Origin: Pseudomonadales bacterium
GTDB taxonomy: Bacteria; Pseudomonadota; Gammaproteobacteria; Pseudomonadales; Azotimanducaceae
Length of the DNA stretch: 64,000 bases
Assembly (NCBI GenBank): GCA_029251375.1
Contig: JAQXDL010000038.1
Location: 10,578-74,577 of the forward strand
Reading direction: 5' to 3'
Translations under genes and position numbers: made by a program
Shown here: piece by piece, positions 29,478 through 38,282 of the stretch
How positions within the stretch are numbered: position 1 is the first letter of the stretch
How the letters are laid out: each line of letters begins with the position of its first letter
Notes under the pieces: model-generated
The model's input: the letters and a program-made list of their open reading frames with translations, nothing else
Told to the model about the DNA's origin: nothing
Databases searched by the model: none

Positions 29478-32400
29478 TTAACGTCTGAATAACGCGACGC
29501 AAGGCAGACTACTACCCAGCTGGGACGAGCGCTGACAAAGCGCCTGCAGGCCTTTCTGGACCGATTCTGTTCGACTGACTGTCGCTGCCTCCAGCGGAAT
29601 CTCATAGGCGGCATCAAAATTCAATTCTGCAAAACTTTTGTTGGCAATAATCAGCAGCGGATCATCTCGAGTTGGATATATGCCGAGTGCCTCACCTGCG
29701 CCGCCTGCAAAGCCGTTATTGTCTGGGTCGGATCCAGCGACGATAAAGTACACGCCCGGCTCAACGCCCGTGAACCTAAAATCATACTCGCCGGCATTAG
29801 ATTGATGCTGTTGTAAAGCGGCTTGTCCTGTCTCCGAGTTGACTAGAAAGACATACAACTCACCCACTGATCCGGCTGTTTGTTGGTTAACGCCGGGAAC
29901 TTCATATTGCACACTAACGGTGATATTGCCGCCATTGGAGACAATATCAATGTTATCTATATACTGCCCGGAGGCGAGCCCGATTCGATTTAATGTCAAC
30001 ACGTACACGCCCACACCCGCGGTATCAGATGGTGGTGTGACGGTTAAACGCGAAGATGATGGCGTAAACGCTGAGATCGACAGGTCGCCAGTGCCCGCAT
30101 TGAACAACGTAATATTTCGTTCGGTCAGCGTCGCGCCAAAACTGACGCGGCTAAGACTGACGCCCAGCGCTGGCGTATCAGTGATCGGTATGGTGCCGTC
30201 GGCAAGCAGCTGAGCTGCCTGAACCGCCAGCAGCGCATCAATTCTACCGTGGCCAAAATTATCATCGCGACCAGCAACACCCAAATCAACCGTCATCGCG
30301 CGACTGCTGATCAGTTGATCGACAAGATCAGGTGTTAGCGCCGGATTGACGGACTTCATCAATGCAACGACGCCGGCAACGTGCGGTGCTGCCATCGACG
30401 TGCCGTTATAAAAACCATAATTAAAGTCAATTTGGGGGCTATCCGATCGATTCGCCAAGGTGCTCAAAACGCCGTCAGGAAAACCGTCTGCGTCCAGATC
30501 CATTGACGTATCCCCGCCGGGTGCAGCGATATCAACGCTGGCATTGAATTGGGAGTAAAATGCGCGTTGGTCGCCAAGATCTGTTGCGGCGACTGATATG
30601 ACACCATCGTATGACGCGGGATAAGACAGAGAGGAGTCTCCGCTATTGCCGGCCGCGGCAATGATAATGAGTCCCGCCGCGCGAGCGGCCTGAACCGCAT
30701 TATTCATCACGTTGCTGGGCGATCCTCCGCCCAAGCTAAGATTCGCCACATCCGCCGCCTTGGTGGGCAATATACCGAGGGCATTTTCAACGCCGGCGGC
30801 ATATAGCAATGCTTGTGCGATATCAAAGGAGCTGCCGCCTCCACATCCTAGGACGCGCAGGTTCATGATTTCACCGGCCCAAGTGATACCTGCGGTGCCG
30901 ATATTGTTATTGGTCGACGCGCCAATGGTGCCGGCGACGTGAGTGCCATGGAAAGAACTACTGCGGCTGCTTGCGCTCGAACAGGCGGTATTATCCTCAC
31001 CGTCGCCAGGATCGCTCGCATCGCTGTCTACGCCATCGCCGTCGCCTGCATTGCTGACACTTGATATAAAGTCATAGCTGTCGGCTGACAGACGCGTTTG
31101 TAAGTCTGGGTGATTAGCCACGATTCCCGTATCGAGCACTGCAATTTTGACGCTCGCAGACCCCGTCGATTCATTCCAAGCGGCAGGCAGGTTAATTTTT
31201 TTGTAGTGCCACTGCCGCACAAATAAGTCGTCGTTAGGTTCAATTTTTGTGGTGAGCAGATAGTTTGGTTCGGCGTATTGCACATCATCTTGCCGATTGA
31301 GTTGCTTCGCCGCGAGCAGGGTTGCTAATTTCAACTCCGTCATGCTCGGCCCATGTGTCGCAAGTCGTCGCAACGTTTGTGCGCGCGCTCGGGGCGCGAG
31401 CACCTCAGTGATGTTGTTACCAAATTGGTACAGGTGCGCGCTAGCACGGGCACTTGTTCTCGTCCCAATGACCCGCCGCGCCTGGCTGCGCATACGCGGT
31501 GCCTGCTGATCATTTCGCGGCATGACGACGAGGTCGCCGATCACCACAGCGGTTGAAGCGGAGGCGTTTGAAAGACTGGCGATCGCGGGGTCCAAACCGA
31601 CAGACAAAACATAGTTAGAAAAGCCAGAAAAAGATTCGACGACAATATCATAGGTCGCGGCGCCGCTTGGTATGACAATGGATTCGTTATCCGTTGCCGA
31701 AACCGAGAAGTCGATGAGTTGGCCCTTGACATCGTATAGCAAAAGATCGAGGTCGCCCTGGCCGCGAGTTGCTATCCGCAAATTGATGACTTCACCGCCC
31801 AACGCATTGATCCGGTACCCATCAAATTCATCGCCGGAGGTGATCAGGTTTGATTGACCATCGAAGTTAGGACCTGTACCCGGCTCATTGGCAAAGCCAC
31901 CGATGGTGACAGGATTAGTGACAAACTGCGCAGTGGCTGGCGTGTTGTTGCTTACCGGCGTACTGCCTGAGTCATTAACGTCGCTATCGACAGTGACTGA
32001 ACTTGCGACAAAAATAGTACCCTCTATGACCAAAGAATTTGTCAGCAGGCTCGTCGTGACGGTTTGCGTCGCCGTATGCGCCAAGTCGTCGCTGTTCGTC
32101 AGTGTCAGAGAGATCTCAAAGCTGCCTACCTGGTTGTAAATGTGAGACGTCACTTCGTCTGTGGCCGAGTCGCCATCGCCAAAATTCCAGGTATAACTTG
32201 TGATCGTGTCATCGCCAAAGCCTGCAATGCTGCTAGATGCGTTAAACGAGACCAGAAGCGGACTGGGCCCTTCGCTAACATCCATTGTTATTATAGCCGT
32301 TGGCGGCGTGAGCGAGCTGTCAAGGGAGTTGATGTCTCTCGTGTCATCGACGCCGTCACCGTCATCGTCTGTGTCAGCGTTGTTACCGGTACCATCGCCA

Positions 32401-33821
32401 TCCGTATCTATACTTTCGGTCGAGTCACTTGGAAAGGCGTCGACACTGTCGCGGACATCATCGTTGTCGTCATCGGGATCCAATAAATCAGGCACACCAT
32501 CGTTGTCGTTGTCCGGCGCATCAGCGGCAACCTCAACGTCTACAAACAATTGCAGCGAACTGGTTTGTGCTAAAAAGTCATTCACATTCACCTCGCCAAC
32601 AACCAATTGACCGACTGATGTTTGCAGGCTTGTTTGGGTCGATTTAACGATTCCTTGTGCCGTCTCGGATACAGGGTTCAGGGCTGGATCAGCAACAACG
32701 CTGTTTACATTGGCGACCGAGATCGCAACCGCCACAATGGTAGAGGTTTCGATAACAACATCAGGTGCAGCCTCTGCAGCTACCTGTGTCAAAATTGACT
32801 GAATGTTCACTGGCGACGTCAAGTCGATGTTGCCTTCAAGCTGAGCCAGCGTTGACAAGTGCGTTGCAACGGACTGGGCCAGCGCGAAGGCAATATCAGT
32901 AAAGGCGTCGCCGTCATCCGTTAAGGTCGTCGCTGTTTGCAGCAGTAAACCCAGCTGCTGGTTAACCCGCTGTGCGGCTTTCGCATCCTCATCACCCGCT
33001 TCGGCCTCAGCCCAACCGTCTATCGTGAGAAACGCTTCAGGCGTGCCGCTGACACCTAAGGTCGACAGCAATTGAACCTTGGCTTCAGGGGTATCTAGCA
33101 ATGCAAGCATGGTAGTCAGTGGCGTAATATTTGCGGCTTGGGTGATATCTGCAGGCATATCGGAGACGAGCAAAAGATTAGGCAATGCCTCACCCGTCTT
33201 TGTGTCTGTGCCGCCCTTAGAAATCACGTTGGCGCCATTCCCTGCAGCGGTAGAGAAGTCGAATTTGAAATAGCCGTTCGCATCAGTGGTACCGCTGGGT
33301 TCGTCGGCGTCTAATTGGTTATTCCCATTTAAATCAATAAATACAGCCGCCTCGGCAAGCGGCGCATCCACAACACGGCCCTCAAAGGCGTCGGTTACAG
33401 TGACAGTCAAAGACTGAGTATCAGACAGCACGCCATCACTAACTTGAACTGACAACAAATAGACGTTATCCGTATTGGCGTCGTTGGGCGCCTCAAAATT
33501 GGGAGCCGTGGTAAAAGACAGCACGCCGCTTGAGGTTATCGTAAAGAGGGATTGATCATCGCCGGAGATGATGGAAAACGTCAGCGAATCACCGTCGGCA
33601 TCGGTGGCGCCCAAGGCCGTCAAGCTCGTCGTGCCTTCAAGTACCGCTATACTTCCGGAATCAGATAGCACGGGTGCTCTATTCGGCACTTCGGGAGGCG
33701 CCGCACCACCACCGCCACCGCCACCGCATGCTGCTAAGAGGCATAGGCTGCATATTGCTGGCACTACGCGCTTATAAAAACACCCCATCGTCAAAACGCA
33801 TTTCTTGAACAAAACTTTCAT
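29478..33821 (-). CDS. Large lipoprotein subtilisin-family (S8) serine protease with N-terminal cadherin/TSP3 module, PKD and PPC-like domains
   Basis: Lipobox LLAAC plus a poly-Gly linker (the start may be Met12 at 33788). The N-terminal ~480 aa are paralogous to the 27152-28963 product. PKD-like segment (YTWNFGDGDS). Pre-peptidase-like beta domain. S8 triad motifs AVLDTGI, HGTHVAGTIG and GTSMAAPHVAG. About 330 aa follow the catalytic domain. Confidence 0.9.
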   Translation of the reverse strand: MKVLFKKCVLTMGCFYKRVVPAICSLCLLAACGGGGGGGAAPPEVPNRAPVLSDSGSIAVLEGTTSLTALGATDADGDSLTFSIISGDDQSLFTITSSGVLSFTTAPNFEAPNDANTDNVYLLSVQVSDGVLSDTQSLTVTVTDAFEGRVVDAPLAEAAVFIDLNGNNQLDADEPSGTTDANGYFKFDFSTAAGNGANVISKGGTDTKTGEALPNLLLVSDMPADITQAANITPLTTMLALLDTPEAKVQLLSTLGVSGTPEAFLTIDGWAEAEAGDEDAKAAQRVNQQLGLLLQTATTLTDDGDAFTDIAFALAQSVATHLSTLAQLEGNIDLTSPVNIQSILTQVAAEAAPDVVIETSTIVAVAISVANVNSVVADPALNPVSETAQGIVKSTQTSLQTSVGQLVVGEVNVNDFLAQTSSLQLFVDVEVAADAPDNDNDGVPDLLDPDDDNDDVRDSVDAFPSDSTESIDTDGDGTGNNADTDDDGDGVDDTRDINSLDSSLTPPTAIITMDVSEGPSPLLVSFNASSSIAGFGDDTITSYTWNFGDGDSATDEVTSHIYNQVGSFEISLTLTNSDDLAHTATQTVTTSLLTNSLVIEGTIFVASSVTVDSDVNDSGSTPVSNNTPATAQFVTNPVTIGGFANEPGTGPNFDGQSNLITSGDEFDGYRINALGGEVINLRIATRGQGDLDLLLYDVKGQLIDFSVSATDNESIVIPSGAATYDIVVESFSGFSNYVLSVGLDPAIASLSNASASTAVVIGDLVVMPRNDQQAPRMRSQARRVIGTRTSARASAHLYQFGNNITEVLAPRARAQTLRRLATHGPSMTELKLATLLAAKQLNRQDDVQYAEPNYLLTTKIEPNDDLFVRQWHYKKINLPAAWNESTGSASVKIAVLDTGIVANHPDLQTRLSADSYDFISSVSNAGDGDGVDSDASDPGDGEDNTACSSASSRSSSFHGTHVAGTIGASTNNNIGTAGITWAGEIMNLRVLGCGGGSSFDIAQALLYAAGVENALGILPTKAADVANLSLGGGSPSNVMNNAVQAARAAGLIIIAAAGNSGDSSLSYPASYDGVISVAATDLGDQRAFYSQFNASVDIAAPGGDTSMDLDADGFPDGVLSTLANRSDSPQIDFNYGFYNGTSMAAPHVAGVVALMKSVNPALTPDLVDQLISSRAMTVDLGVAGRDDNFGHGRIDALLAVQAAQLLADGTIPITDTPALGVSLSRVSFGATLTERNITLFNAGTGDLSISAFTPSSSRLTVTPPSDTAGVGVYVLTLNRIGLASGQYIDNIDIVSNGGNITVSVQYEVPGVNQQTAGSVGELYVFLVNSETGQAALQQHQSNAGEYDFRFTGVEPGVYFIVAGSDPDNNGFAGGAGEALGIYPTRDDPLLIIANKSFAELNFDAAYEIPLEAATVSRTESVQKGLQALCQRSSQLGSSLPCVALFRR
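32345..33683 (-). repeat. Copy 2 of the ~1.35-kb intralocus duplication
   Basis: See copy 1. Similarity ends just after the DDDGDG codons at about 32351-32370, where the protease-specific part begins. Confidence 0.85.
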
Positions 33822-34020
33822 CAGCGCTCACTCTTGTCAGTCCGGCGTCTCGCAGAGGCGGACCGATTATTTGCCAATTGGATTGTTGGATGAACAAAAC
33901 ACTTCAAGCCGCCAAGTGCGAATAAATTCGCCCATGGAGACCGAGTTTACCGTAACACTGGCTGCTTAATTTATATACAAAATACCCTATATTATAATTT
34001 CCACGTTTGACCCATCCTGC

Positions 34021-34080
34021 GCAGCTGCAGCTGCAGAAGAAGAATCACCCTCACCTTGTCAACAATTTCGAGGCGCCTCG
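34021..34080. promoter_or_regulatory. Two perfect palindromes in the divergent intergenic region (candidate operator sites or hairpins)
   Basis: gcagctgcagctgc (34021-34034, 14 bp) and cgaggcgcctcg (34069-34080, 12 bp) are each their own reverse complement. They lie between the S8 protease start (33821) and the 34197 gene start. Confidence 0.35.
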
Positions 34081-34196
34081 CTTGAAAGCTGGCGCGATAT
34101 TTCAGGCCTAGCATCCACCGGTGCGCATTTCGGTACGATTCAAAAACTTCCGCACATAATCACACTCGCCGGTATATACTCGCCGCACTCTCACTC

Positions 34197-35450
34197 ATGA
34201 CATTCAAAGTGGCATTAGAAAATATCCACACCACGAACATAAGTTGGCGTTGGTTTGCCGCCGTCATACTATTTTCCTGCGGATTAGTTGGACTCACCTC
34301 CGGTGTTTCCCTGACTGAACGACCCGACATTGTGGCATCAGCGGTGTGGGTCAAGGCGTACTACGCCCTTGGTCTATTTGTTGTTGGAGGCATGGACCTT
34401 GGTGTGCCGACAGGTGGCCCTGTGGTTGGACGATTCATTCTATGGATAGCGTACTTTGGTTGCCCGCTGCTAATGGCCTCGGCTGTAGTCGAAGCCGTAC
34501 TCACGGTCGTATCGCCCTACCGGTGGAGACTGAAGCGAATGAAAGACCATATTGTGATTGTCGGCTCAGGCGATATGGCCATCAGTTACCTTCGGGTTTT
34601 GCGCAAACACCATCCGACGCGCTCCGTACTGATTGTGGATAAAAAAATAGATCGTGTTCGTCAACTTGAACTGTCGGAGTCCTACGGCGCAGAAGTCATT
34701 ACGGGAGACATTACGCATGACTTCCTTATCAAGGAACTCAGGTTACATCGATGTCGTCGCGTGGCGCTAATGGGTGACGATAATTTTCAAGCCTTTGAAG
34801 CAGCGAGTAAAATTTTACGACTATATCCTCGCCTGGAACACAGAATCATTATCCATTGTCAAAGTTTACGGTTTCTGCGTGCAATGCAAGAAACACAGAT
34901 TGCAAAGCAGTCGATAGGTTTCAATTCATATAATCTCGCCGCGAAAGGTTTGGTTGAGGACTCTCTTATTCACCACTTTGAACATACCGCTGAGAAAGAT
35001 ACGGTCGTCCTAGCTGGGTTTGGGCTGTTTGGTCAAACCATATTGGAGGAATTGCAAAATAACGCGAGTGATCAGATTGATCAGATTAGCATCATCGACC
35101 TGACTGCAAATCGGCGTATAGAAGTTGTAGATGAGCAACAAAAGCAAAAACCGGCCTATGACCGCTCGGTCATAGAGGGCGATGTTTCGAACCCCGAAGT
35201 GTGGCGCAAGCTAGAAGCCAGCGTCGATCTCTCCAAAAACGAACCCGTCGTTATATTAGGTACAGGGGATGCAGCAATCAATTTAAGAACGGCGCTTTGG
35301 ATACGTCAAAAGTATAAGAATGCGTTAATCTTTGCCCGCACGAATGACATTTCAGAATTTGCGTTAGATGTCGGTCGCGAACACGACATCAATGCGATCA
35401 GTATTACTCGTCTGGTCGAGGAACATATTCCTGCTACATGGCTCGAGTAA
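34197..35450 (+). CDS. Membrane protein with 2-TM channel-like N-terminus and two TrkA-N/RCK-type Rossmann domains
   Basis: Hydrophobic helices WRWFAAVILFSCGLVGL and GRFILWIAYFGCPLLMASAVVEAVL flank YYALGLFVVGGMDLG. Then come IVIVGSGDMA and VVLAGFGLFG dinucleotide-fold motifs. Confidence 0.75.
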   Translation: MTFKVALENIHTTNISWRWFAAVILFSCGLVGLTSGVSLTERPDIVASAVWVKAYYALGLFVVGGMDLGVPTGGPVVGRFILWIAYFGCPLLMASAVVEAVLTVVSPYRWRLKRMKDHIVIVGSGDMAISYLRVLRKHHPTRSVLIVDKKIDRVRQLELSESYGAEVITGDITHDFLIKELRLHRCRRVALMGDDNFQAFEAASKILRLYPRLEHRIIIHCQSLRFLRAMQETQIAKQSIGFNSYNLAAKGLVEDSLIHHFEHTAEKDTVVLAGFGLFGQTILEELQNNASDQIDQISIIDLTANRRIEVVDEQQKQKPAYDRSVIEGDVSNPEVWRKLEASVDLSKNEPVVILGTGDAAINLRTALWIRQKYKNALIFARTNDISEFALDVGREHDINAISITRLVEEHIPATWLE

Positions 35451-35560
35451 AAATCTATTGGGTTGAAAAAAACTAGTCTGGCTACCTGTTTAGACTAAAC
35501 CGTAACGAGCTAAGATCCTATGTCAAGCAACATTATCTCTCCGCAATACATCTACGCAGA

Positions 35561-36334
35561 TCAAGCCCTGTCCAATCGAAATGTCTTCAAATTAATATCA
35601 AGTGCGATGTCTGTCTTCAATGTGACGAGACTTTGGCAGAGGCATACCAACGCCTCATGTGCCTGCACTTTTGCGGCAGGACCGCTTGCTTGCGCATCAT
35701 TGAGAATATTCTGCAGCGAGGCATATTGTTGTAGCAGCAACACGGCAGTCTTCTTACCAATTTTCGGTACGCCTTTGATATTATTGCTAGAATCTCCGGC
35801 CATCGCCCAGTAAGACGTCAGCTGATTAATCGACACCTCAAATTTTTGGCGAACGAAATCGGCATCGTATTCTCTTTGTTCAAAATGATTAAAAACCCGC
35901 ACATGTTCATCCAACAATTGCAGAAAACCCTTGTCACTAGAAAGAATGATTACCTGTGAGCCACTTTTACCGACGCGGTCTGCCATTGTAGCGATCACAT
36001 CATCGGCTTCATAACCAGCAAAGGTAAAACTCTTTACGCCGATTTCAAGAAAGGCCCGCTCAAACTCTACCAAACCCGTTAAAAGCATCTCAGGGGTTTC
36101 ACTACGGCCTTGTTTGTATTGCCCATAGAGTCGATGACGCCACGTCTCATCATGGCTATCGAAGACCACCACGCAGTGACTCGGCTTGTGCGTTAACAAT
36201 GCACGTTGCAGAGACCGAACGCAGGATGTCAGCACTTCGGTGGCGGACGCCGGTGTTGAATGCCGACGCTCGGGGCTTGCTTCGTAAATACGACGAAGCA
36301 AATTATGCCCATCAATTAACAGTGCCTTTACCAT
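35561..36334 (-). CDS. xni: Flap endonuclease Xni (ExoIX, 5'-3' exonuclease family)
   Basis: LLIDGHNLLRRIYEA, VVVFDS...WRH..Y..YK.GR, EADDVIAT, SSDKGF.QLL, and a H3TH region (GDSSNNIKGVPKIGKKTA). About 250 aa with no polymerase domain. Confidence 0.88.
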   Translation of the reverse strand: MVKALLIDGHNLLRRIYEASPERRHSTPASATEVLTSCVRSLQRALLTHKPSHCVVVFDSHDETWRHRLYGQYKQGRSETPEMLLTGLVEFERAFLEIGVKSFTFAGYEADDVIATMADRVGKSGSQVIILSSDKGFLQLLDEHVRVFNHFEQREYDADFVRQKFEVSINQLTSYWAMAGDSSNNIKGVPKIGKKTAVLLLQQYASLQNILNDAQASGPAAKVQAHEALVCLCQSLVTLKTDIALDINLKTFRLDRA

Positions 36335-36411
36335 TTTTCTGCGCGCTTAAATGCACCCTCGTTCACGTCGCTCTTTTTCCTGTCAGAGTATTTGCCATTG
36401 TTCGTAACATC

Positions 36412-36440
36412 GTTCTTGTGACTGTTCTTGTGACTGTTCT
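36412..36440. repeat. Tandem 12-mer gttcttgtgact (about 2.4 copies)
   Basis: Read directly: gttcttgtgact gttcttgtgact gttct, about 80 bp upstream of the xni start. Confidence 0.8.
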
Positions 36441-36682
36441 CGGAATTGTTCGCTAAACTGTTAGCTAATCTGCTCGCGGCATTGCCCACAATTGAGCGAA
36501 GCCTTGTTCACGTTGTTATCCATCACATTACTCGTCGAACACGGCCCGGCCAAGTTTTGATTGGTTGTTGTCGTATCCCGAAGCTTAGCATGCGATGCGA
36601 CGTTAGGTTATTTCGATAAATTATTGTCAAGCAGCAAACGAATTGGTCTACTCAGCTGCTACTAAAGGAAAATTGAAAACAC

Positions 36683-37933
36683 ATGGGCGATAGTATTGAT
36701 CAAAAAACCGCACGTCGACTCATCCTAGATGGCCAAGGTATTCTTAAGCCAGACCAACTCGGTCGCGGTATCAATGCCGTGCAGAAAACCATCGAACAAT
36801 TGAGTTACGTTCAAATTGATACAATCTCTGTGGTAAATCGAGCTCATCATCACGTGCTAAAAAATCGTGTTTCAAACTATCAAGAACAAGACTTACACCG
36901 ACTTCTCTCGGATCGAAGAACAATATTTGAATATTGGTCACATGCCGCTGCGTACATGCCCACTCAAGACTATCGTTACTACATAAATACGATGCAAGGC
37001 TATCGAAAACACAGACCTGTCGACAAGAAAATTCAAAAAGAGATCATCAATCGTATCCGAACCCAGGGGCCCTGCCAATCGAGAGACTTTGACAATGCGG
37101 GTACAACAAAGTCGACCGGTTGGTGGGACTGGAAACCCGCCAAGCAGGTGATGGAAAATATGTTTCTTTCAGGCGAACTCATGGTGAAAGAAAGACGCGG
37201 TTTTCAGAAAGTCTACGATCTAACAGAAAATATACTTCCAGACCACATTGACACATCCAAACCAACCCCGCTAGAGACAGGCACTTATTATGTTAACCGG
37301 ATGCTAGGAGCCCTCGGTATAGCCACTTCAAGCGATATTGGCTATGCGAGACCAACGGTTCGACGTTTTTCTAAAATCAATATTATTCCTGGTATTGAAC
37401 AAGCGCTGCAGGTGCTAATAGAAACCGGTGATGTCATGCAGTTTACGATTAACAACAAGCCGCACTATGCGTTAACGCGCGCGATCGAAAACTTGCCGAG
37501 CAGAATAGGACAAAAACGTGCAGTGATACTATCGCCTTTCGACAACTTGGTTATCAATAGAAACAGACTGCAGGAAAAATTTGGTTTCGAATATTTATTA
37601 GAGTGCTATGTACCACAAGCAAAAAGAGTCTACGGATACTTTACCTTACCAATCTTACTGGGTGATGAATTCATCGGTCGCCTAGATGCCAAAGCGCACC
37701 GTAAACAGCAGATCCTCGACATAAATAACGCTTGGTTTGAACGGACACCTAACGATGCAAGCCTCAACACACTCAGTGACACTCTCATAACATTTGCCGA
37801 TAGCTTAGCTTGTAATAAAATAAGGTTTATCAATCCAAAATCTAATAAACACTTCAAACGACTATTTGAAAAAATGCGGCTCGCACAGTCACTGGGCGAA
37901 CTCCCGCAACATGACATCGTGAGCACAGCATAA
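36683..37933 (+). CDS. ycaQ: Winged-helix DNA glycosylase family protein (YcaQ/AlkZ-like, DUF1006)
   Basis: About 416 aa. QLSYVQIDTISVVNRAHHHVL, FEYWSHAA, and a C-terminal YFTLPIL.GD.FIGRLD.KA motif typical of the YcaQ family as I recall it. Confidence 0.75.
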   Translation: MGDSIDQKTARRLILDGQGILKPDQLGRGINAVQKTIEQLSYVQIDTISVVNRAHHHVLKNRVSNYQEQDLHRLLSDRRTIFEYWSHAAAYMPTQDYRYYINTMQGYRKHRPVDKKIQKEIINRIRTQGPCQSRDFDNAGTTKSTGWWDWKPAKQVMENMFLSGELMVKERRGFQKVYDLTENILPDHIDTSKPTPLETGTYYVNRMLGALGIATSSDIGYARPTVRRFSKINIIPGIEQALQVLIETGDVMQFTINNKPHYALTRAIENLPSRIGQKRAVILSPFDNLVINRNRLQEKFGFEYLLECYVPQAKRVYGYFTLPILLGDEFIGRLDAKAHRKQQILDINNAWFERTPNDASLNTLSDTLITFADSLACNKIRFINPKSNKHFKRLFEKMRLAQSLGELPQHDIVSTA

Positions 37934-37991
37934 TTATTTGTAGGACAAACCGTTTACAACAGCACGTGACAGAAACGAGGAGTCGAGATCA

Positions 37992-38282
37992 ATGTTAAAG
38001 AACCCAATTGTGCCCATCTTTGCCGCATTGCTTAGATTACTGTCATTTTAATTCGGGCTAGCAAGTAATGACGGGTTTATTTGTCCGATAATCAATAGCT
38101 CATTGCCGTCTGAAGAACAATTTGAACTTGATAAAAATGATAACCGGACACGACAAACACGACACAACGGAAAACCTATAACAGCATTACTTACCGCTCA
38201 GGGTCACAGCAGTTTCGCCATCACCGACGAACAGATTCGAGCGATTCAGCAACGACTTGGAACCAGGTTTATCGACGCTTGA
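37992..38282 (+). pseudogene. Possible interrupted small ORF (19 codons, in-frame TAA at 38049-38051, then 77 open codons); very uncertain
   Basis: GAGGAG sits 9 nt upstream of the ATG at 37992. Translation gives MLKNPIVPIFAALLRLLSF*FGLASNDGFICPIINSSLPSEEQFELDKNDNRTRQTRHNGKPITALLTAQGHSSFAITDEQIRAIQQRLGTRFIDA*. No family recognised. Confidence 0.2.

Noticed and set aside
27475-33777. Many 60-140-codon plus-strand ORFs inside the two large minus-strand surface-protein genes, for example 27475-27711, 27972-28310, 32064-32486 and 32200-32610.
   Set aside because: They lie antisense to long, domain-rich coding sequences. Their translations are low-complexity Ser/Arg/His/Pro strings, typical of shadow frames of Asp/Gly-rich repeats.
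36328-36489. A 53-codon GTG-initiated upstream ORF whose TAA overlaps the xni ATG (AAATGGTAA).
   Set aside because: It is a low-complexity Asn/Ser/Lys product generated largely by the tandem 12-mer. It has no ATG and no visible ribosome-binding site, so the overlap may be fortuitous.
12125-38051. Three gene-like frames each broken by one in-frame TAA (12125, 15715, 38049). I asked whether TAA might be read through or reassigned.
   Set aside because: TAA terminates well-conserved genes at their expected C-termini in the same window, for example lpxC at 2626-2628, the GST-like gene, and the glcD/glcE junction. Two of the three loci also lack essential internal segments. Ordinary pseudogene decay is the simpler reading.
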